A program made the position numbers and the translations under genes. Positions 9,858 to 20,662 of a DNA stretch of 64,000 nucleotides are shown here, piece after piece. Source of the DNA: Candidatus Omnitrophota bacterium (lineage in GTDB: Bacteria > Omnitrophota > Gorgyraeia > Gygaellales > Profunditerraquicolaceae); assembly GCA_016867115.1 (NCBI GenBank), contig VGKG01000001.1, forward strand, positions 109,403 to 173,402, written 5' to 3'. Below the pieces are notes generated by a model. The model was not told the DNA's origin. It worked only from the letters and a program-made list of their open reading frames with translations, and did no database searches. Position 1 is the first letter of the stretch; each line of letters begins with the position of its first letter.

Positions 9858-9885
9858 ATTCTAACACAGCCGCGCCTTTTGTCAA
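9858..9885 (-). promoter_or_regulatory. Sigma70-type promoter (TTGACA, 16-nt spacer, TAGAAT) driving the zinc-ribbon gene and rsfS
   Basis: On the minus strand, TTGACA at plus 9885-9880 and TAGAAT at plus 9863-9858, with a 16-nt spacer and a TGn just upstream of the -10. Located right after the CNNM gene stop. Confidence 0.5.
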
Positions 9886-9888
9886 GGG

Positions 9889-10914
9889 TCAATGTTTTTT
9901 CCGCACGATATTGACCCGCTTCTCTTCTATCTCGCCGACAATCTCTTCGATGAGGTCCTCGAGCGTGACCAGGCCTACGGGTTTCTTATGCGCTTCGGTG
10001 ACGATGGCGATCTGGAGCTTATCCTGCTGGAACTTCTTCAGCAGCTCGTTTACCCGCATTGACTGCGGTGCAAAGTAGGCCTCGCGCAGGAGGTCCTGCA
10101 CTAGAAAGAGCCCCTTATCCTTTAAGAGATACAGCAGGTCTCGGGCATGGATCACTCCGACGATATTATCCGGATTGTCCTTATAAGCAGGCAGGCGTGC
10201 ATGCCCCTCCTCCACAAAGACCTTAAGCAGGTCATCCGGCGAGATATCTACGCTGACACAGACCATCTTTTCGCGGGGGACCATCACATCCCCGACCTTA
10301 GTATCCCCGAACTCAAAGATACGCTGCAGCATCTTTCCTTCTTCATCGCTTAAAAATCCCTCTTCCTTGCCGAGCTCTATCATCAACCGCAGTTCCTCTT
10401 CGGTGATCAGAGGCGAGCGCTTGGCCGGTTCAATACGCAGCATCTTGATCAGGAGTTTGCTTGCAGCGTCAAAGATAATGGTGATGGGCCGCGAGACATT
10501 GATAAAGGCCTCCATAATAGGCGCCACAAAAAGGGCGAGCTTATCCGTATGCTTGATCGCCAGGATCTTCGGAGTGATCTCGCAGACGATGACGATAAAG
10601 AATCCTGTAGCAAGGGCGGCGATCAGAACGCCCCACTGATAACCGAAAGCATAGACGCAGATGCCGGTAACGATGGCGGACATGGCGATATTGACGAAAT
10701 TATTCCCTACCAGTATCGCCACGATGAACTTATCGAGCTTTGTGATCAGGCGCTGCACGCTCTGGGCGCGCTTGATCCCGCGCGCAAGCATGTGGCGCAG
10801 GCGGATCTTGCTTATTCCGATAATAGAGGTCTCAGAGGCGGAAAGCAAAAATGAGACAAGCGCAAACACAGAGAGGAGGATTAAAGTCAGGGGTAAAGAA
10901 AATACGGTCTGCAT
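9889..10914 (-). CDS. CNNM/HlyC-family transporter-associated protein (DUF21 transmembrane domain plus CBS pair), lacking the CorC C-terminal domain
   Basis: Four N-terminal transmembrane helices (DUF21) followed by two CBS motifs (VMVPREKMVCVSVD..., GLVTLEDLIEEIVGEIE); 341 aa. Confidence 0.8.
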   Translation of the reverse strand: MQTVFSLPLTLILLSVFALVSFLLSASETSIIGISKIRLRHMLARGIKRAQSVQRLITKLDKFIVAILVGNNFVNIAMSAIVTGICVYAFGYQWGVLIAALATGFFIVIVCEITPKILAIKHTDKLALFVAPIMEAFINVSRPITIIFDAASKLLIKMLRIEPAKRSPLITEEELRLMIELGKEEGFLSDEEGKMLQRIFEFGDTKVGDVMVPREKMVCVSVDISPDDLLKVFVEEGHARLPAYKDNPDNIVGVIHARDLLYLLKDKGLFLVQDLLREAYFAPQSMRVNELLKKFQQDKLQIAIVTEAHKKPVGLVTLEDLIEEIVGEIEEKRVNIVRKKH

Positions 10915-10915
10915 C

Positions 10916-12184
10916 CTAATTAAATTTTAACCGGCGGTAAATCTCATTATCCCGGCCCTCTAACGGCCCGATCAGGGCAAGGTTCAGTTTTTCTTCTTTA
11001 AAAATGTGCCTTGAGGCTTTACGGATATCCTCAAGAGTCACGGCGCGCACCTGGCGGATCACTTCATCCAGGGTATAAGTCTTATCCAGGGCTGCGGTGT
11101 ATTCACCGATCCAGAGCATATACTCCATGGTGTCTTCGAGGGCAAGCGCAAGCTGTCCCAGATAAAACTCTTTTGCCCGCTTAAACTCGCCGGGAGTGAC
11201 CGGTCCTCTTAAGGTCTTTTGCAGTTCTTTTAAAATCAGCTGCAGGGTCTGCGGGACTTTGCGGTTATCGATGCCGGCATGCACGATAAAAGCCCCGGTA
11301 TCATTAAAACGCCTTATCGAAGTGCCGATATCATAAGCAAGCCCCCTCTTCTCGCGCAGTTCATTAAAGAGCCGGCTGGACATATTCGCGCCCAGGATTA
11401 TGTGCAGCAGGCTTAAGGCATACTTTAAGCTGTGACCCCGGCTTAAGGCGTGAAACCCCATGGCCAGATGCGTCTGTTCGGTATCCTTGGGGAATATTTT
11501 AAGCTGCGGCCTGGCCTGTTTTTCCCTGGCCTTAAGAAATGCGCTTGCCCCGGTTCCGTCGCTGCGGCGAAAAGTTTTCTCCACCAGCGCGGTAAATCGA
11601 TCAAAATCGAACTTTCCCGCAACGCTGACCACCATATTCGGAGTAGAATAATATTTTTCCTTAAACGCTGAAAGGAGCGGCCGGTCAATAGCCTTTATGG
11701 ATCGCTCTGTGCCGATGATCGGCTCACCCAAAGGCTGACCAGGCCAGAGGAGCTGATCCAGTAATTCATGGACATAGCTCTGGGGAAGGTCGCGGTGCAT
11801 TTTTATCTCTTCCAGCACCACCTTCTTCTCTTTCTCGATCTCCTGGGCAGGGAGGCGCGGATGCAGGACCATGTCCGCTAAGACTTCAAGCCCGGCTGTA
11901 AGATGGCGGCAGGGGACCTTGACCAGATAGCAGGTCAACTCTTCCGAAGTAAAACCGTTAAGGTAGCCGCCGATACCCTCTATTGATTCCTTGATCCTGC
12001 GGCAGGAGAACTTTTTGCTTCCTTTAAAAAGGATGTGCTCTAAGAAGTGGCTGATGCCTTTGGTGGCGGAGGGCTCGTATCTGGCGCCGGCATTGATCCA
12101 GATGCCTAAAGAGAGTGACTCCCGGTCAGGCATGGGGTGGCCGATGATCTTTAGCCCGTTATCCAGCTTTACTTTTTTATACAT
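10916..12184 (-). CDS. M16-family zinc peptidase (pitrilysin/insulinase-like)
   Basis: Inverted zincin motif HFLEH followed by a downstream Glu; 422 aa. Confidence 0.85.
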   Translation of the reverse strand: MYKKVKLDNGLKIIGHPMPDRESLSLGIWINAGARYEPSATKGISHFLEHILFKGSKKFSCRRIKESIEGIGGYLNGFTSEELTCYLVKVPCRHLTAGLEVLADMVLHPRLPAQEIEKEKKVVLEEIKMHRDLPQSYVHELLDQLLWPGQPLGEPIIGTERSIKAIDRPLLSAFKEKYYSTPNMVVSVAGKFDFDRFTALVEKTFRRSDGTGASAFLKAREKQARPQLKIFPKDTEQTHLAMGFHALSRGHSLKYALSLLHIILGANMSSRLFNELREKRGLAYDIGTSIRRFNDTGAFIVHAGIDNRKVPQTLQLILKELQKTLRGPVTPGEFKRAKEFYLGQLALALEDTMEYMLWIGEYTAALDKTYTLDEVIRQVRAVTLEDIRKASRHIFKEEKLNLALIGPLEGRDNEIYRRLKFN

Positions 12185-12969
12185 TATCCTTTAAGAATGC
12201 GTATAAAATTCCCCGCCCGCCTGACCATGTCGGGCCTTGAGAGATTATCCCTGATATTTTTGACGATCGCGCTTCCGACGATGACTCCGTCGGCGAACCG
12301 CTGGATCTGCCTTACCTGCTTCCGGCTTGAAACGCCGAAACCCACGCATAAAGGCTTATCCGTAATGTTCTTCACCGCTTTCAGGTCGCGGATCAGGTCT
12401 GCAGGCAGGCGCGAACGCGCGCCGGTGACCCCGGTAAGCGAGACATAATAAATGAAGCCGCGGCTGGCTTTGGCGATACGCTTCATGCGCTCGCGGCTGG
12501 TAGTAGGCGCGATGAAAAAAATCACGTCTAAACCTTTTTTATTGGCAAAAGCGACTAAAGGCCTGCCTTCTTCCGGAGGCAGGTCAGGCACGATCACCCC
12601 GTCTACCCCCGAGCCCAGGGCAGTCTCGACAAACTTTTTCTCGCCGAAACAGAAGATGGGATTGTAATAGGTCATCAGGCAGATGGGCATGGACACGTTT
12701 CTACGCACCCTCTTGACCAGATTCAGGATGCCGGTAAGGTGCGTACCTTTTTTAAGGGCTATAAATGAAGATTCCTGGATGACCGGGCCGTCAGCCATGG
12801 GGTCGGAAAAAGGAACCCCCAGTTCGATAATATCCACTCCCGCCTTATCGAACTCACGGATGAGCTTTTCCGTCACGCCAAGATTCGGGTACCCGGCGGT
12901 GATAAAGGCGATAAAGGCCTTTTTCTTAAGCTTCTTCAATTCCCTGAACTTCTTCTCTATCCTATTCAT
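12184..12969 (-). CDS. trpA: Tryptophan synthase alpha chain
   Basis: TrpA fold motifs ([33 protein letters not shown]); 261 aa. Overlaps trpB by 8 nt. Confidence 0.9.
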   Translation of the reverse strand: MNRIEKKFRELKKLKKKAFIAFITAGYPNLGVTEKLIREFDKAGVDIIELGVPFSDPMADGPVIQESSFIALKKGTHLTGILNLVKRVRRNVSMPICLMTYYNPIFCFGEKKFVETALGSGVDGVIVPDLPPEEGRPLVAFANKKGLDVIFFIAPTTSRERMKRIAKASRGFIYYVSLTGVTGARSRLPADLIRDLKAVKNITDKPLCVGFGVSSRKQVRQIQRFADGVIVGSAIVKNIRDNLSRPDMVRRAGNFIRILKG

Positions 12970-14146
12970 ATTTCAATTTGCGGGTGACAATACCCAGGTC
13001 CTTATCTCCTCTGCCGGAAAGACAGACGACCACAATAGAGTCCTTGCGGATGGACCGGCTTAATTTCTTAAGATAGGCCACTGCGTGCGCGGATTCCAGG
13101 GCCGGGATAATGCCTTCGAGTTTAGAAAGCATCGTAAAACCTTCCAGGGCCGCGGCGTCATTGACCGCCACATATTTTGCCCGGCCGATTTCTTTATAGT
13201 AGGCATGCTCCGGCCCTACCCCGGGATAATCCAAGCCCGCGGAAATAGAATGCGTGGGGCTGACCTGGCCGAATCTGTCTTCAAGGAGACCGGATTTTGA
13301 GCCGTGCAAGACTCCGACGTCACCGCTGACAAGAGTTGCGGCGTGCTTTCCCGTTGACAGGCCCGTCCCTGCGGCTTCAACGCCGATAAACTTTACTGAC
13401 TCTTCCTTAAAAAAGGTGTGGAAGAGGCCCATGGCATTGCTTCCGCCGCCGACACAGGCGACCAGATAGTCCGGGAGCCGCTTCTCTTTTTTCAGCAGCT
13501 GCTGTTTTGCTTCGCGGCCGATCACTGCCTGAAAATCCCGCACCAACATGGGATAGGGATGCGGTCCGGCGACGCTGCCGATAATATAGTGCGTGTGGCG
13601 CACATTGGTCACCCAGTCGCGCAAAGCCTCGGTCATCGCATCCTTCAGGGTCTTTGAGCCCGAGCTTACCGGAATGACCCTGGCGCCCAGAAGCTGCATC
13701 CGGAAGACATTCAGTTTCTGGCGCTCCATATCCTCGGTACCCATAAAGATATCGCACTTTAAACCGAACATCGCCGCAACCGTTGCCGTGGCTACACCGT
13801 GCTGGCCTGCGCCGGTCTCGGCAATCACCCGCGGCTTCTTCATCCTGAGAGCCAGAAGTACTTGCCCCAGGGTATTATTGATCTTATGCGCGCCGGTATG
13901 CAGCAGGTCTTCCCTTTTTAGATACACCCGTTTTAATCCCAGATACCGGCTTAAATTCTTCGCCAGATATAAAGGCGTAGGGCGGCCTGCGTATTCCCTT
14001 AAGTAATAATCCAGTTCCCGGCGAAAACGGGGGTCGCGCTTGGCCCTGCGGTATTCTTTTTCCAACTCATCCAGGGCATAGATGAGGGTCTCCGGCACAA
14101 ACCTTCCGCCAAAACCGTTAAAATGGCCTGATTTATCGGGTAGCAT
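12962..14146 (-). CDS. trpB: Tryptophan synthase beta chain (start trimmed to [19 protein letters not shown])
   Basis: PLP-binding motif HTGAHKINN; GGGSNA glycine loop. ATG at 14146 is preceded by GGAAAGGAAG. The ORF-track start at 14254 would overlap trpF. Confidence 0.9.
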   Translation of the reverse strand: MLPDKSGHFNGFGGRFVPETLIYALDELEKEYRRAKRDPRFRRELDYYLREYAGRPTPLYLAKNLSRYLGLKRVYLKREDLLHTGAHKINNTLGQVLLALRMKKPRVIAETGAGQHGVATATVAAMFGLKCDIFMGTEDMERQKLNVFRMQLLGARVIPVSSGSKTLKDAMTEALRDWVTNVRHTHYIIGSVAGPHPYPMLVRDFQAVIGREAKQQLLKKEKRLPDYLVACVGGGSNAMGLFHTFFKEESVKFIGVEAAGTGLSTGKHAATLVSGDVGVLHGSKSGLLEDRFGQVSPTHSISAGLDYPGVGPEHAYYKEIGRAKYVAVNDAAALEGFTMLSKLEGIIPALESAHAVAYLKKLSRSIRKDSIVVVCLSGRGDKDLGIVTRKLKYE

Positions 14147-14165
14147 CTCTTCCTTTCCTGGAAAA

Positions 14166-14786
14166 TTATCTCTTTGACTTTGCTGCTTTAATGAACACCC
14201 GGATCTTCTCGTGGTCTTTTTTACCCGGCGAAGTTTCCACGTAACTGCAGACATCTACCCAGTCCGGACGGGTTACTTCAATGGCCTTGCGGACATTGCC
14301 TGCGTTCAGGCCGCCGGCTAAAAAGATCGGTTTTTTGATACCGACAAGACAGCTTAAAATGTCCCAGTTAAACTTCCTGCCTGTCCCGCCTTTTTTAAAG
14401 ACGGAGAAAGTGTCAAACAGATAGGCAAAAGTCTTGTATCTTGTGATCTCGCTAAGATTGATCTTATCCTTGATATGAAAGGTCTTAATGATCTTGTATT
14501 TTTTGAACTTACGGCAGAACTCCGGGGATTCATTGCCGTGAAACTGCAGGATATTCAGATTGCAGAAACGGGCGATCTGGCGGATCTGGTCTGCCTTGGC
14601 GTTCACAAATACGCCGATCTTGACCGTAGTCAAAGGTAATTGCCGGATGATGGCATGCGCCTTTTCCGGAGAGATGTAGCGGGGGCTCTTTTTGTAAAAA
14701 TTAAACCCCAGGGCGTCGCAGCCGGCTTTAACAGATGCCTTGGCATCTTCCAGATTCGTTATCCCGCAAATTTTTACTTTGACCAT
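14166..14786 (-). CDS. trpF: Phosphoribosylanthranilate isomerase
   Basis: VKICGIT N-terminus and TIM-barrel PRAI signature; 206 aa. Confidence 0.9.
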   Translation of the reverse strand: MVKVKICGITNLEDAKASVKAGCDALGFNFYKKSPRYISPEKAHAIIRQLPLTTVKIGVFVNAKADQIRQIARFCNLNILQFHGNESPEFCRKFKKYKIIKTFHIKDKINLSEITRYKTFAYLFDTFSVFKKGGTGRKFNWDILSCLVGIKKPIFLAGGLNAGNVRKAIEVTRPDWVDVCSYVETSPGKKDHEKIRVFIKAAKSKR

Positions 14787-14800
14787 ACAGTTTTCTTTCC

Positions 14801-14818
14801 CCTGCCTACTAACTACTG
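14801..14818 (-). repeat. Conserved 5'-UTR motif (mRNA sense CAGTAGTTAGTAGGCAGG), copy 1 of 3, upstream of trpF
   Basis: Plus strand reads cctgcctactaactactg, 14 nt upstream of the trpF ATG. Near-identical copies at 20634-20660 and 63535-63564. Confidence 0.5.
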
Positions 14819-14823
14819 AAGTG

Positions 14824-15615
14824 CTACCATCCCATTAGCTCTTCTACCTTACGATTCAGGTTTTCCGCTTCCATAAAGGCTTCGCCGATCAGGACTGCGC
14901 TCACCCCCAGGATCTTTAAGAATAGCACATCCTGATGCGTCTTAATACCGCTTTCTACGACTACTACTCTATCCTTGGGCACCAGGGGGAAGAGCTTTTC
15001 CGTAGTCTTAATATCCACCTCAAAGGTGTGCAGGTCGCGGTTATTGACGCCGATCAATGAGGCGTCTTTAAGCTTCAGGATTTTTTTAAGCTCTTTTTCC
15101 GTATGTACCTCGACCAGGCAATCCATCTTAAGGGCCTTGGCTATCTCTAAAAATGCGGATATCTCATCCTGGGTCAGGATATCCGCGATCAGAAGGACGG
15201 CGTCCGCGCCGAAATAGCGCGATTCATAGACCTGGTAAGGATCGATGATAAAATCCTTTCTTAAGACCGGGCAGGTGACGGTCTTTTTCACTTCATTGAT
15301 GTAGGAAAGGTTTCCCTGAAAGTAATCCTCTTCGGTCAGGACCGAGACCGCCTGCACCCCGAGCTCCTGATAGACAGAAGCGATCTGCTGCAGGTTAAAA
15401 TCCTGCCGGATTACTCCCTTCGAAGGCGAAGCCTTTTTGATCTCGGCGATGAGGCTGATCTGGCGCGGCTTATTGATCGCCTGCAGGAACGGACGGGCAG
15501 GCTCTGCCCCCTGAGCGATCATCTTTAACTGCTCTTCGGGAAGGCTCTGTTTAGCCAGGACGATCTTTTCCTTCTTCTTCGCGATTACTTCCTTTAAAAA
15601 ATCTGTTTTTTTCAC
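14824..15615 (-). CDS. trpC: Indole-3-glycerol phosphate synthase
   Basis: IGPS signature (IAEIKKASPSKG, VLIGEAFM); 263 aa. Confidence 0.9.
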   Translation of the reverse strand: MKKTDFLKEVIAKKKEKIVLAKQSLPEEQLKMIAQGAEPARPFLQAINKPRQISLIAEIKKASPSKGVIRQDFNLQQIASVYQELGVQAVSVLTEEDYFQGNLSYINEVKKTVTCPVLRKDFIIDPYQVYESRYFGADAVLLIADILTQDEISAFLEIAKALKMDCLVEVHTEKELKKILKLKDASLIGVNNRDLHTFEVDIKTTEKLFPLVPKDRVVVVESGIKTHQDVLFLKILGVSAVLIGEAFMEAENLNRKVEELMGW

Positions 15616-16622
15616 AGGTTGGAAAACTCCTCTAATTTTTCGAACCTTTCCATCGCTCTTCCTGAGTCGATGGATAGCTCTGCCAATTCAATGCCTTCCT
15701 TGATGGTATCTACTTTATCCGCAGCATAAATGGCTGCTCCGGCATTTAAAAGCACGATATCGCGCGCCGGGCCGGTTTTGCCGTTTAAGCAATCAAGGAA
15801 TATCCGGGCATTGGCAAAGGCATCGCCTCCGGCAAGGTCCGCTAATTTTACCCGGGTAAATCCGTAATCTTCCGGACGGATACGGTAACTTTTTATTTCG
15901 CCTTTATATGACTCGGAGATTATGGTCTCGGAGGTGGTGGTGATCTCATCCAACCCGTCATCACCGTGCACTACCAGGGCGTGCACAGTGCCGGCATTGG
16001 CCAGAGTCCGGGCCAGGAGCTCGGTCTTTGCCGCGTCAAAAACGCCCACCAGCTGATGCGTGGCACCCGCAGGGTTAGTCAAAGGCCCCAGGATATTAAA
16101 GATAGTGCGCCGGCCCAGCTCCTTCCTGGCAGGCATGGCGTATTTCATCGCCGGATGTAAGTTGGGAGCAAAAAGAAAAGCGATCCCCACCTCATTCAGG
16201 CACGCTTCTAACTTTTCCACCGGCAGGCAGATATTTACGCCGAGCGCCTCCAGGATGTCGGCGCTTCCGGAGCGGCTGGTCACCGAACGATTCCCGTGTT
16301 TTGCCACGGCAATGCCGGTACCACTGACTACAAAGGCAACGATGGTAGAGACATTAAAGGTGCCCTGGGCATCCCCTCCTGTGCCGCAGGTATCCAGAAG
16401 GACTTTATGCTTCGTGCGCACAGGAGTGACGTGCCGGCGCATCACCTCTACTGCCGCAGTCAGCTCCTCTACGGTCTCGCCTTTATCGCTGAGCGCGGCT
16501 AAAAACGCGACGATCTTGCGGGTCTCTGCCTTGCCAGACATGATCTCTTCCATCACGGCAGTCATCTGCCCAGAGTCCAGGTCCTTTCCCGCAGAGATAA
16601 TCGCGGTCGCCTCTTCGATCAT
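15612..16622 (-). CDS. trpD: Anthranilate phosphoribosyltransferase
   Basis: [14 protein letters not shown] motif; 336 aa. 4-nt overlaps with both neighbours. Confidence 0.9.
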   Translation of the reverse strand: MIEEATAIISAGKDLDSGQMTAVMEEIMSGKAETRKIVAFLAALSDKGETVEELTAAVEVMRRHVTPVRTKHKVLLDTCGTGGDAQGTFNVSTIVAFVVSGTGIAVAKHGNRSVTSRSGSADILEALGVNICLPVEKLEACLNEVGIAFLFAPNLHPAMKYAMPARKELGRRTIFNILGPLTNPAGATHQLVGVFDAAKTELLARTLANAGTVHALVVHGDDGLDEITTTSETIISESYKGEIKSYRIRPEDYGFTRVKLADLAGGDAFANARIFLDCLNGKTGPARDIVLLNAGAAIYAADKVDTIKEGIELAELSIDSGRAMERFEKLEEFSNL

Positions 16623-17182
16623 AATTTTAGGAAGTTAGCTAAAATATCTTTACCGGATCTAGTCAGGATGGATTCCGGATGGAACTGTACTCCCCACAAA
16701 GGATATTTTTTATGTTTTAGCCCCATGATCTCTTTTTCTCTGGTCCAGGCAGTGATCTCAAGGCAGCCAGGAAGGCTCTTCCTCTCCACTACCAGCGAAT
16801 GATACCTGGTCGCCTCAAAGGGATCGGGAATACCCCGGAAGATATCCTTTTTGTTATGATAGATCATCGAGGTCTTTCCGTGCATCAGGCGCCTGGCGAT
16901 CACGATCTTTCCGCCGTAGGCATAACCGATCGCCTGATGGCCGAGGCAGACCCCGAGGATAGGGACTTTTCCGGCAAACCCCCGGATCACCTCACAGGAG
17001 ATACCGGCATCTTCCGGACGGCCGGGGCCGGGTGAGATCACTATTCTTTTAGGCTTAAGCCGCTTTATCTTTTGTACGGTGATCTTATCGTTCCTGAAGA
17101 CCCGGATATCCGCGCCCAATGCGCCCAGATACTGCACCAGGTTATAGGTGAATGAGTCGTAATTATCGATCATCAGAATCAT
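16619..17182 (-). CDS. trpG: Anthranilate synthase component II / glutamine amidotransferase (TrpG/PabA type)
   Basis: Class I glutamine amidotransferase: catalytic GVCLGHQ and the HPES region; 187 aa. No trpE is adjacent. Confidence 0.85.
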   Translation of the reverse strand: MILMIDNYDSFTYNLVQYLGALGADIRVFRNDKITVQKIKRLKPKRIVISPGPGRPEDAGISCEVIRGFAGKVPILGVCLGHQAIGYAYGGKIVIARRLMHGKTSMIYHNKKDIFRGIPDPFEATRYHSLVVERKSLPGCLEITAWTREKEIMGLKHKKYPLWGVQFHPESILTRSGKDILANFLKL

Positions 17183-17211
17183 ACTTGTCTTTCCATGGAC
17201 TAGTTACTAAG

Positions 17212-18474
17212 CTATTCTTTTTCTCTCCAGACCCGGGCGCCGAGTTTCTTAAGCTTCTCTTCCACATTTTCATAACCCCGCTCAAGGTGATAGATCCTTG
17301 AGACAGTGGTCTTTCCGCGGGCGGCTAAACCTGCCAGGACAAGGCAGGCGGAAGCGCGCAGGTCTGAGGCCATGACCGGAGCGCCGGATAAAACATCAAC
17401 TCCCTGGATGATCGCATGCGGGCCTTCCTTCTGGATATTTGCGCCCATACGGTTAAGTTCAGCCACATGCACGAACCTGTCGGGGTAGATCTTCTCGGTG
17501 ATCACGCTTGTGCCTGAAGTTACACTCATCAGGGCCATGAGCTGAGCCTGCATATCCGTCGGTAGCCCGGGATAGGGAAGTGTAGTCACATTCACCGCTC
17601 TTAATGGCTTACTGTAACGCACGCGGATAGAATCGTCGGGTTTGGTAATTACGGCGCCCGCCTCTTCCAGTTTATCGATGAGGGCGCCCAGGTGCTTAAA
17701 GTTTACATTCTTTATCAGGATGTCACCCCTGGTGATCAGGGCTGCGATCATCAGGGTGCCGGCTTCGATGCGGTCAGAGATGATGGTATGGCTTGCGCCG
17801 TGCAGCCGCTTGACCCCTTCGATCTCAATGATCGGCGTGCCATGGCCCCTTATCTTTGCGCCCATCTTGATCAGGAACTCTGCCAGATCCGCTACTTCCG
17901 GCTCGCAGGCAGCGGATTCAACCACGGTCTTGCCCTGCGCCAGGACAGCTGCCATCATCACGTTATCGGTTGCCAGCACCGAAGAGCCGTATACTCCGCC
18001 CAGGTAAATGTGCGCGCCTTTGAGTCTATCCGCATTCGCCACCACATATCCGCTATCGATATCCACATCTGCGCCGAGAAGCTTGATCCCCTTAAGATGC
18101 AGGTCTACCGGACGGTTTCCGATGACGCAGCCGCCGGGAAGCGAAACCTTGGCTTTCTTAAGTTTGCCCAGCAGCGGGCCAAGGACACAGAAAGAAGCGC
18201 GCATGGTGGACACAAGCTTATAATCTGCGACGTGATTAAGCTTCTTTGAGCCGGTAACAGTCAGGACCCCGTTTTCAAACTCCACGTTTTTACCCAGTGA
18301 GCGCAGGATCTTGACCATGGTGTTGGTATCCCGTAAGAAAGGCACACCCTTGATCACGCAGGCATCATCAGTAAGCAGGGTCGCGGCCATGATCGGAAGA
18401 GCCGCATTTTTCGCACCGCTTACCGTGACCTCGCCTTTAAGTTTTACTCCGCCTTCAATGGCTAATTTATCCAC
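17212..18474 (-). CDS. murA: UDP-N-acetylglucosamine 1-carboxyvinyltransferase (GTG start; begins MDKLAIEGGVKLKGEV)
   Basis: MurA signature (VSGAKNAALPIMAA and the catalytic Cys region). GTG at 18474 is preceded by AAGGAGAGGAAGG. The ORF-track ATG at 18525 lies inside the prmC 3' end. Confidence 0.9.
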   Translation of the reverse strand: MDKLAIEGGVKLKGEVTVSGAKNAALPIMAATLLTDDACVIKGVPFLRDTNTMVKILRSLGKNVEFENGVLTVTGSKKLNHVADYKLVSTMRASFCVLGPLLGKLKKAKVSLPGGCVIGNRPVDLHLKGIKLLGADVDIDSGYVVANADRLKGAHIYLGGVYGSSVLATDNVMMAAVLAQGKTVVESAACEPEVADLAEFLIKMGAKIRGHGTPIIEIEGVKRLHGASHTIISDRIEAGTLMIAALITRGDILIKNVNFKHLGALIDKLEEAGAVITKPDDSIRVRYSKPLRAVNVTTLPYPGLPTDMQAQLMALMSVTSGTSVITEKIYPDRFVHVAELNRMGANIQKEGPHAIIQGVDVLSGAPVMASDLRASACLVLAGLAARGKTTVSRIYHLERGYENVEEKLKKLGARVWREKE

Positions 18475-18490
18475 CCCGCCCTTCCTCTCC

Positions 18491-19327
18491 TTATGACACC
18501 CGCCCATTAGAGGGGCGGGGTCCATCTTTTTTCCTTTGCGCTACGACCACTCTTTCGATATTATTGTAATCTTTGACCACCTCTATTATCTCAAATTTTT
18601 TGGATTTTTGAAAAACTTTTTCGATTTTTCCCCTCTGTCCGATGCCTATCTCAAAAAGCAGAAAACCTCTTTGCCTAAGAAAGGACGGGGCATCCCGGAT
18701 GATGCGGCGGTAGAAATCCAGGCCGTCTCCTCCGCCGTCAAGGGCGATCCTGGGCTCATAGCTGGTCTCAGGCTGTAAATTTTTGATCTCTTCGCTGGCA
18801 ACGTAAGGCGGGTTGCTGATGATGCAATCGTAATCCGTATTCCGTAATCCGTATTCCGTAAATAAATCACTCTGGAAAAATGCGATTTTTTGCTCTACAT
18901 TGTTAAGTCTCGCATTACTTTCTGCCAACCTTAAAGCTTCTGACGATATGTCAATCGCGGTCACTTCTGAATTGGGTATTAATTTTGCCAGACAAACCGC
19001 AATACACCCTGATCCTGTTCCAATATCTAAAATCTTTAAGCTGGTGACCTTCTGACGCGGTGACTTGGCGGCGTATTTTAGGGCTGTCTCAACCAGGATC
19101 TCGGTCTCCTGACGGGGGATCAGGCAGCGGCGGTCCACCTTGAATCCCAGGCCAAAAAAATGAGCCGTACCGAGTATATACTGGATGGGCTCATGTTTGA
19201 TCCTTCTTTTCAAAGCTGAGGCTATTTTTAAAGCGGATCCTCTGTCTAAGGAAAGTTCTTTATCCTGGTAAAGCTCAAGCCTGCTCAAACCCAGGACATG
19301 AGTAAAGAGTAGCTCTGTCTCCGTCAT
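18491..19327 (-). CDS. prmC: Release factor glutamine N5-methyltransferase PrmC/HemK
   Basis: NPPY motif (ISNPPYVA) and SAM-binding motif [12 protein letters not shown]; 278 aa. Contains an in-frame 14-nt tandem duplication at 18831-18858. Confidence 0.85.
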   Translation of the reverse strand: MTETELLFTHVLGLSRLELYQDKELSLDRGSALKIASALKRRIKHEPIQYILGTAHFFGLGFKVDRRCLIPRQETEILVETALKYAAKSPRQKVTSLKILDIGTGSGCIAVCLAKLIPNSEVTAIDISSEALRLAESNARLNNVEQKIAFFQSDLFTEYGLRNTDYDCIISNPPYVASEEIKNLQPETSYEPRIALDGGGDGLDFYRRIIRDAPSFLRQRGFLLFEIGIGQRGKIEKVFQKSKKFEIIEVVKDYNNIERVVVAQRKKDGPRPSNGRVS

Positions 19328-20394
19328 TTATGCGCATTCGCCTGTTTCTTCTCCGCCTCCGCCTTGATCAGGGCGTCGGAGAGCTCATCCAGGTCTCCTT
19401 CGAGTATCGCTTCCAATTGGTGCGAAGTGAAATTGATCCGGTGGTCCGTGACCCTGCGGTCGGGGAAATTATAGGTGCGGATCTTTTCGCTGCGGTCTCC
19501 GGTGCCGATCTGGGTCCGGCGCGCCTCGGAGAGCCTGCGCGACTCCTCTTCTATCTTCATATCCATGATCCGGGCTGCCAGGATCCTTAAGGCCTTGGCC
19601 TTATTCTTGATCTGGGAGCGCTCATCCTGACAGGCGACTACTACACCGGTAGGGATGTGGGTGATCCTTACCGCGGAATCCGTCTTTTGCATATGCTGGC
19701 CGCCGGGGCCGGATGAACGGTAGGTGTCGATACGCAGGTCATTCGGGTCGATAGTCAGATCCACTTCTTCGGGTTCGATGAGGACGGCGACGGTAGCGGT
19801 AGAAGTATGTATCCGCCCTTGAGCTTCCGTCTCCGGAACGCGCTGCACGCGGTGCACCCCGCTTTCGTATTTCAGGCGCTTGTAGGCGTCTTTACCTTTG
19901 ACGCTAAAGGCAACTTCCTTAAGGCCTCCGGACTCGTTTGAGCTTGAAGACATCAGTTCCACGTTCCAGGCTTTATTGGCGGCGTACTTGGTGTACATCC
20001 GGTAAAGGTCTGCGGCAAAGAGCCCCGCCTCATCCCCTCCGGTACCGGGCCTGATCTCGACGATGATGTCCCTTCCGGCATAAGGGTCTTCTTCGACAAG
20101 GGCCTCTTTAAGCTTCTGCTCAAGATCCTTTTTCTTCTCCCCCAGAGTTTCGAGCTCTTTTTTAGCCAGGTCCAGGAACTCCTTGTCGTGCTTCTCTTTG
20201 AGCACTACCTCAAGCTCAGCTGCCTCTTTTTCTATCTGCTTAAACTCGCGAAACATGGCAACTTTTTCGCGCAGAGACGACAGCTCCTTGGCGTATTTGC
20301 TGGTCAGCCTCTGGTCAGCATGCACCTCGGGAGAGGCTAAAAGATGTTCCAGCTCCTCGTAACGGGCTTCAATTTTCCGCAGTTGGTCGATCAC
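19324..20394 (-). CDS. prfA: Peptide chain release factor 1
   Basis: GGQ motif ([23 protein letters not shown]); PxT-type RF1 domain; 356 aa. Confidence 0.95.
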   Translation of the reverse strand: MIDQLRKIEARYEELEHLLASPEVHADQRLTSKYAKELSSLREKVAMFREFKQIEKEAAELEVVLKEKHDKEFLDLAKKELETLGEKKKDLEQKLKEALVEEDPYAGRDIIVEIRPGTGGDEAGLFAADLYRMYTKYAANKAWNVELMSSSSNESGGLKEVAFSVKGKDAYKRLKYESGVHRVQRVPETEAQGRIHTSTATVAVLIEPEEVDLTIDPNDLRIDTYRSSGPGGQHMQKTDSAVRITHIPTGVVVACQDERSQIKNKAKALRILAARIMDMKIEEESRRLSEARRTQIGTGDRSEKIRTYNFPDRRVTDHRINFTSHQLEAILEGDLDELSDALIKAEAEKKQANAHK

Positions 20395-20399
20395 GCGTT

Positions 20400-20600
20400 T
20401 TACTTCTTCCCGTACTTCTTCATGAACTTATCCACTCGGCCGGCAGAATCCACGAACTTCTGCTTCCCGGTGAAGAAGGGGTGGCACTTGGAGCAGATCT
20501 CAACGCGGATACTGGGTTTAGTGGAACGCGTGCGGATAGTCTCCCCGCAGGCGCAGACGATGGTGGCTTCCTTGTAATTGGGATGGATCTTCTCTTTCAT
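20400..20600 (-). CDS. rpmE: 50S ribosomal protein L31
   Basis: MKEKIHPNY... with CxxC...CxxC; 66 aa. Confidence 0.9.
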   Translation of the reverse strand: MKEKIHPNYKEATIVCACGETIRTRSTKPSIRVEICSKCHPFFTGKQKFVDSAGRVDKFMKKYGKK

Positions 20601-20633
20601 TCTTATTCCTCCGGATTATTTGTTTTTATCTTT

Positions 20634-20660
20634 CCCTGCCTACTAACTGCTACCTACTGC
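20634..20660 (-). repeat. Conserved 5'-UTR motif (GCAGTAGGTAGCAGTTAGTAGGCAGGG), copy 2 of 3, upstream of rpmE
   Basis: Same motif as at 14801-14818, here with a partial internal duplication, 33 nt upstream of the rpmE ATG. Confidence 0.5.
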
Positions 20661-20662
20661 TT

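Noticed and set aside
14147-14254. ORF-track N-terminal extensions of trpB, murA, trmD, queA, the SpoIID-like gene, the OmpA-like gene, trpS and the LeuA-like gene
   Set aside because: The extended regions lack homology and overlap upstream genes. Internal ATG or GTG codons with Shine-Dalgarno sequences line up with conserved N-termini, so I trimmed the coordinates.
18501-18521. CCCGCCC-attagag-GGGCGGG hairpin, considered as an intrinsic terminator
   Set aside because: It lies inside the 3' end of prmC coding sequence and is not followed by a U-tract on the transcribed strand. It is more likely just GC-rich coding sequence immediately upstream of the murA ribosome-binding site.
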